In this document: piece by piece, positions 56,174 to 64,000 of the stretch
Numbering within the stretch: position 1 is the first letter of the stretch
Layout of the letters: each line of letters begins with the position of its first letter
Source of the DNA: Cyanidioschyzon merolae
Taxonomy: Eukaryota
NCBI GenBank assembly: GCA_000091205.1
Contig: AP006492.2
DNA: 64,000 bases
Strand: one strand, 5' to 3'
Program-made: the position numbers and the translations under genes
Notes under the pieces: model-generated
What the model saw: only the letters and a program-made list of their open reading frames with translations
What the model was told of the DNA's origin: nothing
Database searches by the model: none

Positions 56174-57211
56174 ATGCAGGTATCGGTGCAGAAGCGTCGC
56201 CAAACGTGCGTTTGCATAGCGACGCTGATACCATCGAATTCGTCGAGGAACCCTGCATCCGATACCGAGATCTCCGGCCCTGTTCACTGCCCGAAACGTG
56301 TTTTCCTAACAAACCAGCGCCAAGAGGTCACCTGGGACCTCTATCTGCATCAACGTACGCACGATAGCAGCAGCGGGTATCCCGCGGGTACGCAATGCCT
56401 CCGCTGCGTCGACGTGCGCCCGATGATGACGCCTCCGCGATGCGCGCGTCCGTCGCACGGCGAAATCGTCGGGTGTATGCGTGCGGGCGCTTGTCGCGTT
56501 CTCTCTGTCTCTCTCTGGGATTATAAGCAAGCAGCGGGACTGCTATCGAACGTTATGAGCGCAGGCTGGAGCTCCCGGAACTCCCTTGCGTTCGATCCGA
56601 TTCGCATAGGAGATATCCTGCGTTGGGATGTTAAAGAACCGGAACGGCTTGGGTTGAATCTGGTTGTTTTTAAAACATTCCGCACTGACGTGCTGAGCGA
56701 CCTCACCGGTGCAGACCTGGCAACCGAGCTGCGCCTCGGCGCTCAGTTTGGCACCGTGCAACTGTTACCGTCACGCGCCCGTGAAGACTTTTACGACGAT
56801 AGTGAAGGTGAACCGCGGGTGCGTTGGTATCGGCCCCCGGTAGGCTCGCTGACTATTCGAACGCGTCTCAGTGATATTGGCGGCGGTGAGATGCGATCGC
56901 GCGGGGCACTCTGGTTCCGCGCTAGGATCGATACGGACAAGTGCGTTTGGCACTACGGTGTCGAGGCGGATCGCCGTATTGCGCTATCAAACTGGCATGA
57001 TACGCGAGGCTTCGTCAACGTGAAATATATGAAAAAGGCCTCGGAGCCGGAGTTCACCGTTACTAGTCAACTTGGCATCGAGCAGTACTTGCGTTTAGGT
57101 CGCGTATGGGCGCTCACACGTACAGGCGTCAATCCCGAAGGCACCCTGCACGTATCGCTCCGAGACTATGGCCTTCGGTCGAAACGCGCCCCGGCACGCG
57201 CCAAGCGCTGA
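56174..57211 (+). CDS. hypothetical protein
   Basis: A 345-codon ORF with non-repetitive composition in its C-terminal two-thirds ('MSAGWSSRNSLAFDPIRIGDILRWDVKEPERLGLNLVVFKTF...'). I recognise no family. The true start may be ATG ~56547. Confidence 0.35.
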   Translation: MQVSVQKRRQTCVCIATLIPSNSSRNPASDTEISGPVHCPKRVFLTNQRQEVTWDLYLHQRTHDSSSGYPAGTQCLRCVDVRPMMTPPRCARPSHGEIVGCMRAGACRVLSVSLWDYKQAAGLLSNVMSAGWSSRNSLAFDPIRIGDILRWDVKEPERLGLNLVVFKTFRTDVLSDLTGADLATELRLGAQFGTVQLLPSRAREDFYDDSEGEPRVRWYRPPVGSLTIRTRLSDIGGGEMRSRGALWFRARIDTDKCVWHYGVEADRRIALSNWHDTRGFVNVKYMKKASEPEFTVTSQLGIEQYLRLGRVWALTRTGVNPEGTLHVSLRDYGLRSKRAPARAKR

Positions 57212-58290
57212 ACGCAAACCAGGGCATATGCCTGTCAGAGGTTGATGGTGTTGCATGTATGCTCGACTGCTCGGAATGATATATACCTGTGCACCATTCG
57301 GAGCGTAACGAGTGTTTGTTGTGTTGCAGATTTCTCGACGCTGCGCTGCGGGGAAGTCGTTGCTGTCGGCACGGATACGCGCGTTTGCTCCGCTGTCGGC
57401 GGAGGTGCACGTTGTTGAGGTTGATTTCGAGGGCGGCTCTGATGCTGCGCACCGGAGCGAAGCGCGACCTGGTTGGTAGCTTCAACCTATCGGGGATACC
57501 CAAAGCCCGCTGTTGGGGAAAACCAGTGCATTGGAACGTGGTTGATGTCCATAGGACGTGTACTGATCCATCGGAGGAGTCCAACAGGTGCAGGCACCTT
57601 GACGAGTCTCCACACCAGCATTGCTAAATCATACGCTCGCTTCGTCTTCGCGCCTCATCGATTCGCGAACTGTGGTGGTGTCTGCAGCATCCAGTAAACG
57701 CGGGACAGTGCGCTCATGATGCAGACGACCCGCCACGCTCGCGTGCGACCAGGCCCTTGCGGCAGCGATACAGCCGACCTGATTCGGCGATGCATCCAGG
57801 AGCGGCGGCTGACCTGCGAAACGTTCGCATCCCGTTTGGGCCCGGTCGGGCATACTGCCCTTTCGAGTGCGCACGCGGTGCAGAGCGGGTTGCAGATGCG
57901 CTGACGACCGGTGTCTGGGTTGTCTGCTTGCGGCCGCACAGCTTCGACAGAGAGGTGTACCCGCGACAATTTGCCCGGTGTTTGCTCGGTGCGCTGGGTA
58001 CAGCCGTTATCGTTCGCGTTGCTCTGCTTTCGGGAATATGTCCCGACGGCATGCTCATCTCAGATCAGAGCCGAGCGCTTTCGTGCCTAGTTTAGCTGCT
58101 GGAAAAAAGTGCCCATGTGCGATGCCCTCGAACAAGGAAACCTTCCGAATCAGTCGGGTGCCTCTCGAAACGTTTCCGCGAATTCTCGACGTACTGGCAT
58201 CCGAGCGCAAGTCCCCGAAGTACGCACGTCTCCGCAGAATAAAACCCCAAGGAATATCAATCGTAATCCAAACGAGAGCTTTATGGATGC

Positions 58291-58983
58291 TTACGGTGCC
58301 ACGGTATATTCGGCATTCCGCGCGGAGAGCACGGCAACGGGATCGTGGAGCGCTGCGTGCGCGAGCGTCACAGCTGCGGCCAACGATGCGCTGGTGAGCG
58401 CCAAGGCGACAACGTCTGTCAGAAACAACATGAGCGTGAGCAAGCCACCCAGCAAAATGTATCGGATATAGCCAGGCCAGTTCTGGAACATGCGCGCGCC
58501 CAGCGAAGCGTCCTCGCCCCCGACGGCATCAGCCGTGCGTACACCCATGTACAGCGCGAGCAGGAGCCAGGATATTAGGAGCAGCGCACTCCACGGATAG
58601 AACAAACCCGTCACAATGAACATCACAAGGGCCACAAAGAGGTAGTTCCATGCGTAGAGCTCCAAATTCGTGCGCACACGAGCGCTCCAGTCCAGCCACG
58701 ACGAGGGTGGCGGCGGCGCTAGTGCGTGCAGTGCAGCCCACTCTCGCCACGGCCGTGCCGCCGACCACGCCAGCTGCAGACGCTCCTTCGGAGTGAGTTG
58801 GACACTCAGATCCACCGGCAACCACATCGTTGAGAGCGAAGGGTCACTATCCCTGATCAGCTCGGACTCGGTGGAGGCGAACGCAGCTGCCGGCGCTGCT
58901 GGCGCAGTTGCACCGTAGCTTCCGCGCTCCACCTTGCGTTCGACGGGTGCCACGGTGTTGCTTGTGATTTGCGGAACGCCCAT
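58291..58983 (-). CDS. PRA1-family protein (prenylated Rab acceptor / Yip3-like)
   Basis: 'RVRTNLELYAWNYLFVALVMFIVTGLFYPWSALLLISWLLLALYM' matches the PRA1 core (R.. NL.YF..NY ... P..L..L) with two hydrophobic hairpins. ATG at 58983 ('MGVPQ...'); the ORF track starts at 59115. Confidence 0.6.
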   Translation of the reverse strand: MGVPQITSNTVAPVERKVERGSYGATAPAAPAAAFASTESELIRDSDPSLSTMWLPVDLSVQLTPKERLQLAWSAARPWREWAALHALAPPPPSSWLDWSARVRTNLELYAWNYLFVALVMFIVTGLFYPWSALLLISWLLLALYMGVRTADAVGGEDASLGARMFQNWPGYIRYILLGGLLTLMLFLTDVVALALTSASLAAAVTLAHAALHDPVAVLSARNAEYTVAP

Positions 58984-60266
58984 TCTTTGTATTGTTTGCG
59001 TAACGTACCTTCCCCAATATTCGAAGCACGACGACTCGTGTTTCCGTCCGCGTGGAACGAGATCGACGACACCTCTCGCAACGAAGCTGCAACCCGTTCG
59101 GGTGCCAGCGGGCAATGGCGCGACGCGTCGCGGGCTCCGGAAACGCTGCGCCCCATGAGTGCGTACGCACCCGAGCGCTGGTGCCTCGCTGGAATTTACG
59201 ACGCTGCAAGGTCGTTCTTGAACCTAACCGGAATCCCTCGAATATGTTGTTCGTGTTATCAGGTAGCAAAGGGGCCATTGCTCTTCTCCAAGTCTTGTGA
59301 CGGCTCGATGGTGGCAGGCTCGTAGTCACCGGCTCTGTGCACAGGTCAGTGCGAGCGCTTCACCATCGCCGCGGATATCGTCGTCAACTCTGTTGAACCG
59401 GAACGCAGATCTCGCTTTTTCTATCGCCTGTGCATTGTTATCATGCTGCAAAGCAAACTGCTTGCTCTCGTGTTCAATAAGTAATCCTGACTGTGCGTCA
59501 TGTATCCAGTAGAGGGATCATGTTTCCTGGCTGATGGTGCGCGCCTGCCGATACGCATGCCGCACGGCACGTCGATCGAAGCGCTGCGGGCGACACGCCC
59601 GAGCATCCGCGCATTTCCGATGCCCCCGTTTGATACCCAGGAATCGACACGGATGTCGTACACGCATGCACGCATGCATACGTGTCTCCATGCATGCATC
59701 TGTTCCTGATATCCCGCGCGGCGCTCTCGGGCCTGTTGCAGCATCTATTCACGTATTCAATAGACGATAGATTGCGGTGCCTTATGCAGGACCTGAGCAC
59801 ATAGCCCAGCAACGCACACCTGTGCGAAGCACGCCACGATTCCCGAACATGGATAGGCGTCGAAGAGGCTGCGCTTGCGTGGGGCCCTGTCATCGGCGCT
59901 GGTGCGGATCCAGTCAAGGCGTCAGGGCGCGAGACGTGCCATAGTCGCCACGGTGCGGGACCTGCATACAACCGGATCAAAATCGCGTTTTCCAAGTCGC
60001 CTCTATTGCGGAGGCGAGCGTCCTCTTCGCTGCGATTGTCAGTGCGAACGCTCTGGATGTCGTGCTGGGAACCGAGTATCGCAGTGGGTATTTACGAAAT
60101 AACAACGGATGTTCGTTACAGCGAACAGTACGCCATTGGCAACGGAGCCCTGGGCGAGCTTTTGCGACCCCGGGCGCCATGAGGCAGTAGGGAACGTGCG
60201 TCGCGCGCGGATGCGACCGAGAAAGACTCGACGGGGGCCGGTGGCCACCTGTCTCGCCGGTCATCT

Positions 60267-62915
60267 TCAGTCATCGAGAACGTAGTTCGGGTGCACCGTC
60301 AAGAGTCGATTCATTCCTGATGATGCTTGCGACTCCTGGCTGAGCGCGACTGACCCCTGGTCTTGAATCTGGATGAGAATGTGATCGCGGTTGAGCATGT
60401 GATGCAGCACCGCACGCATCCGTTGCGCTTCCAGGCGGAGCTCGTCCTCGGATTGGATTTCATCGGTTTCGTCGCGAAATCGGAGCATGTGTTGGATGAT
60501 TTCGTTTTCGGGGACACCGATTTGCTCCGCTGCCTCACGACTGCGTAGAAAGAGAACTACCCTGTTCGCAAGCAAGCGGTACATCTGGAACGGGAGACGG
60601 AGCGCGGAGCTCGCCGCTGGTGTGGTCGGCGCCCCGTGCGATGCACTTGTGCTGGGCAGGCGCTCCGGCGATGCCGGCGCTTCGGTCATCGTCTCAGCAA
60701 CGGGATCGTCCAGGACCACGTCCTCCGTCTCGATGTGGATGATGGACTTGCGTAGCAAGCGGGTTGCCTCTCGCACGTACTTGGGCCGAACAATGGGATC
60801 CAAATGCATGCGGGCCAGCGCTTCGGACAGACGAATCAACGACTCCAACTGGCGCACCGTGATCCGATACGCACCACCGGCGCCGCCACCGAACACGTCG
60901 TTTGCTCGGAGCTGTTTGTAACTCTCTACGAGCAGAGCGCGGGACTCTTCGGGAATCTGCGGGTGCACGGTGCGAGCGAACCGAATATATCTTTGAAGCT
61001 GCTCCGGGGTGAATTCAGGCCGAATCGCATGCTGCTGGTGTTGATGGAGACCCACGATGTAGCGCGTTACGTTGTAATCACTGGCTTCGTCACATTCGTC
61101 CAAAATCACAAAAAATAAGTCGAAACGAGACATGATAGCGGGCGACATCTGGATATTGCTGCGCAACGGCCTTGTCCGATCGTACCGTCCTCCAACCGGG
61201 TTTGCGGCGGCGAGTACTGCCGCACGAGCGTTCAAAGTCGCCTGGATGCCGGCCTTGGCGATGGATATGGTCTGCTGCTCCATGGCTTCATGAATGGCAA
61301 CCTGGTCGCGGAGATCCATCTTGTCGAACTCATCGATGCAGCAGATTCCATTGTCGGCAAGCATGAGCGCCCCTGCCTCGATACAGAATTCATTCGTTTC
61401 GGGATCCTTCACAACGGAGGCGGTAAGACCCGCTGCAGACGAGGCTCTGCCAGAGGTATACAGCGCTCGTGGCATGAGATTGCAGACAAATTTGAGGAAC
61501 TGCGACTTTGCGGTTGAGGGATCACCAACAATGCAGACATTGATATCGCCACGAAGACGAATTTGCTCGTTTGTTTTTTTGTGAACTCCACCAAAGAGCA
61601 TGAGCAGAACCGCCCGTTTCACATCATCATGGCCAAAGACAGTAGGTGCAATCGAATTGGCAAGTCGTTGATACAGCCGTGGTTGGTGCTTCATGCGCAT
61701 CATTTCGTTCCGCTCTTCCGGCGTCATGCGCTCGAGCAGCGTGGCCGAGTCGGCCTCGACGCCGCCGACACCAAAAGGGTCGCGTTCTAGTAATGCCTCC
61801 CATTCCGATTGGTTGCGAGACGAAAAAAGATCGTTCTGCGGAAGCACGTGGCAGGCAACAAAGCAAAGCCGGTAATTCAACTCCCTCTGGCCGAATTGGC
61901 GAGCTCCGTAGGGAGCCCCGTCTGGCCGGGACCTCGCAGCCGAGGTTCGTGTCAACGAGGCCTCAACGCGTTCCCCCGGTACCGCTAGCATTGTTGCCTC
62001 GGGTACGACCACTAAGGTTCCGGTAAAGATGCAGCGGTCGCCAGCCTTGGCTCGTTCAACGTTCTCGTGGCGAACAATGACATCCAAGGTTCGCGGCATG
62101 GCGCCCGGCGGAATTTCTGTCGAATGCTCTTGGACGCGAATACGCTGCCAGTCGACAAACTTGCTACGCTCTACGATGAGCTTCCAATTCGTTCGATTGC
62201 CACAATCCGCCGACGGGCAGACTGGGGGTTCCGCGTACCGATTCTGTTGTTCAATACCCACAACAACATGGCCACATTCGCCACACTGGAATGTCCCGAC
62301 GAGCAGCTCCGGCCGAATCTCACTGGTGCGTGTCACGGTGGCTGAGAACGCCACCAGTGACCCGATGCGGTCGGAGCGTAGCTCGCGCAGGCGGCGCACA
62401 TGTGGTAAACCGCACACGGACACCCAGAACATGCGTGGTCGACCAGCCTGGTCGACTTCGAGGCCCGGTGCATACTTACGAACGAACTCGAAAAGCGCTC
62501 GCCGAACGTATGGCTCAAAGCGATAGAAGGAGTCGACGAGTGCGTCCGCAAGCTCAGCGTTGTAGCTTAGAAGATGTCGATAGTCGATCACAAAAGTAGT
62601 TTCCTCGGTTTGTCGCAGTCTCTCCAGCGCTTCCACGTACACAACGCGTCCTCTGTTTGGAGATTCAGTCCTAACTGGAGGAAGTTGCGCGGGCGAGCTG
62701 CCCCAGGAACCAGACGCATCTGGCAGGCGAAACTCCTCGAGAAACTCGAGCAGCAGGCGAGCGAGTTCCTCGGCAACTTGGTCTCCCTCTGGTGCGACCG
62801 CGCTTCCTCTAGCCCCGGCTAGCCCACGAATCTCTAGGTCTGCACCAGCTGGCAGAGTAGGTTGCCGTGGTTGTGTGTATATGGCGTTGCCCTCGGAATA
62901 CAGCACTTCTGTCAT
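60267..62915 (-). CDS. MCM6: DNA replication licensing factor MCM6
   Basis: Walker A region 'GDINVCIVGDPSTAKSQFLKFV' is MCM6-specific. Walker B 'CCIDEFDKM'. Arginine finger 'SRFDLFF'. Zn-finger 'CGECGH...CPSADCGN'. Single exon, 882 aa. Confidence 0.85.
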   Translation of the reverse strand: MTEVLYSEGNAIYTQPRQPTLPAGADLEIRGLAGARGSAVAPEGDQVAEELARLLLEFLEEFRLPDASGSWGSSPAQLPPVRTESPNRGRVVYVEALERLRQTEETTFVIDYRHLLSYNAELADALVDSFYRFEPYVRRALFEFVRKYAPGLEVDQAGRPRMFWVSVCGLPHVRRLRELRSDRIGSLVAFSATVTRTSEIRPELLVGTFQCGECGHVVVGIEQQNRYAEPPVCPSADCGNRTNWKLIVERSKFVDWQRIRVQEHSTEIPPGAMPRTLDVIVRHENVERAKAGDRCIFTGTLVVVPEATMLAVPGERVEASLTRTSAARSRPDGAPYGARQFGQRELNYRLCFVACHVLPQNDLFSSRNQSEWEALLERDPFGVGGVEADSATLLERMTPEERNEMMRMKHQPRLYQRLANSIAPTVFGHDDVKRAVLLMLFGGVHKKTNEQIRLRGDINVCIVGDPSTAKSQFLKFVCNLMPRALYTSGRASSAAGLTASVVKDPETNEFCIEAGALMLADNGICCIDEFDKMDLRDQVAIHEAMEQQTISIAKAGIQATLNARAAVLAAANPVGGRYDRTRPLRSNIQMSPAIMSRFDLFFVILDECDEASDYNVTRYIVGLHQHQQHAIRPEFTPEQLQRYIRFARTVHPQIPEESRALLVESYKQLRANDVFGGGAGGAYRITVRQLESLIRLSEALARMHLDPIVRPKYVREATRLLRKSIIHIETEDVVLDDPVAETMTEAPASPERLPSTSASHGAPTTPAASSALRLPFQMYRLLANRVVLFLRSREAAEQIGVPENEIIQHMLRFRDETDEIQSEDELRLEAQRMRAVLHHMLNRDHILIQIQDQGSVALSQESQASSGMNRLLTVHPNYVLDD

Positions 62916-63104
62916 GGCGGTTGCGTGCGAACACCAAACGACTCATTCCCGCCACGCGCGGCAAATGCGGCACGCACGCCGCCGCCGTGCATGCATGGGT
63001 TCCCGCCATGCAGACGCCAGATCTGTGTCTGCTTTGTCTCTATGGGAAATGTTGTGGGCATGGTGTACCCAAATTAGAGAAAATCGAACGATTCCACATG
63101 TAGG

Positions 63105-64000
63105 CTTTCAGCGCAACAGAGTGCCGCCACGGTTGCGTGTCATCAAATGCGTTTTCACGGTTTTCAGCAGATGCGTACGAAGCGCATTCATTTGAAGGTA
63201 TCAAAAATCCACGGGGAAGACATGGACATACAAGTAGAGGATCCTGGATGGACGTCATAGCCGACTGCTCGAAAAAAACGAATAAAGCCGTCGTCTCGGT
63301 GACTGTCCAGCGACATAGAGCAGTGACGAAGACGAGAGAGAAGGAGAGTGGAGATAGCCAAGAAAAGGTGTTTTCGCCCGGCAGTACGTTGGCGAGACTC
63401 TAGTCGCACTAAGCGCACGAGTTCTAGGAATCCTTGGAACGGTTCGTGCAAGCAGAGGCAATAAACGCATCGAGTTCGTGAACCGAAACTCCAACGCCGC
63501 CATCCGTATCAGACGAAATGCGGTGCGAAAGACGAGATCCGAATTGCTGATGGCATCCATGTTTCTGGGGCAGCCTTTCAGGCTCGAAGTGTGCCTGGAT
63601 CTGAACTGAAACCGATTGGAGTCGGCTGGTCGCAACAGGCCGGAAGGCGCCAATTCGTGAGCGTATATTTACCCTCCATGGTCGTAGAACGTTTTCCGTT
63701 TCACTGACGATCTATAGGGAGCTCGGACATGCACACAGCAATGCTTGGGACTCCTCCACCTGCCATTAGAACCGAACGACATAGGTTGCTCTGCAACTGC
63801 TTCCTTTTCCTCTCTGTTACCCTCGATATGAAATACGCTCAAAAATCATGGACTAAGAGCGCCGTGGCGAGCAGTCCAAGCACGTTGATTGCAGCGTCCA
63901 GGTCGCGCTTCTGTGCTCAATCAGGATCTGCGCTATTCATGTCATGCACGGGAGGTACGTGCGATCGCCACCTCACTTGCAGGTTTCATCTTCTTTGTCC
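63105..64000 (+). mobile_element. third copy of the composite element (transposase-tail region plus module), truncated by the window edge
   Basis: 63346-64000 aligns to 32347-33005 at high identity (the ORF 63255-63653 on the minus strand matches 32161-32646). 63105-63345 aligns, more divergently, to 32190-32345. Confidence 0.75.

Overview
This window reads as nuclear DNA from a GC-rich (roughly 55-60%), intron-poor microbial eukaryote, not a prokaryote. The genes are long single-exon ORFs encoding typical eukaryotic proteins, with no operon structure, no CRISPR arrays and no tRNA or rRNA genes that I could recognise by eye. I can support about 20 protein-coding genes from conserved motifs in the translated ORFs:

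- a Pur-alpha-like protein
- mitochondrial ribosomal protein bL28m
- a TACO1/YebC-family protein
- serine palmitoyltransferase LCB2
- a 5-TM tweety/prominin-like membrane protein
- a WAC-DDT-WHIM (ACF1/BAZ1-like) chromatin factor
- a twin-Cx9C CHCH protein
- COQ1-type trans-polyprenyl diphosphate synthase
- a CcmH-like System-I cytochrome c maturation protein
- cytosolic GAPDH
- SPB1/FTSJ3 rRNA methyltransferase
- TIM44
- a gamma-tubulin complex protein (GCP)
- CTU1/NCS6
- phage-type mitochondrial RNA polymerase
- a PRA1-family protein
- MCM6
- three hypothetical proteins

The non-genic space is dominated by repeats. One composite family pairs a degenerate Tc1/mariner-like transposase remnant with a fixed ~1.3 kb non-transposase module (4 copies or fragments). 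Two copies of this family flank GAPDH in direct orientation, and two others sit immediately upstream of the POLRMT and MCM6 start codons. A second dispersed family shares a ~250 bp terminal module (at least 6 copies). There are also a 124-bp satellite, a 94-bp tandem repeat upstream of GAPDH, a 15-bp minisatellite, and a GC-rich microsatellite cluster in the divergent Pur-alpha/bL28m intergenic region. The findings I would look at first are the nuclear CcmH gene (implying System I cytochrome c maturation in this lineage), the repeat-bracketed GAPDH locus, and the architecture of the transposon-derived repeat family. All coordinates are from reading the sequence by eye and no database searches were run. 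Product calls rest on recalled family motifs; repeat boundaries are approximate (about ±20 bp).
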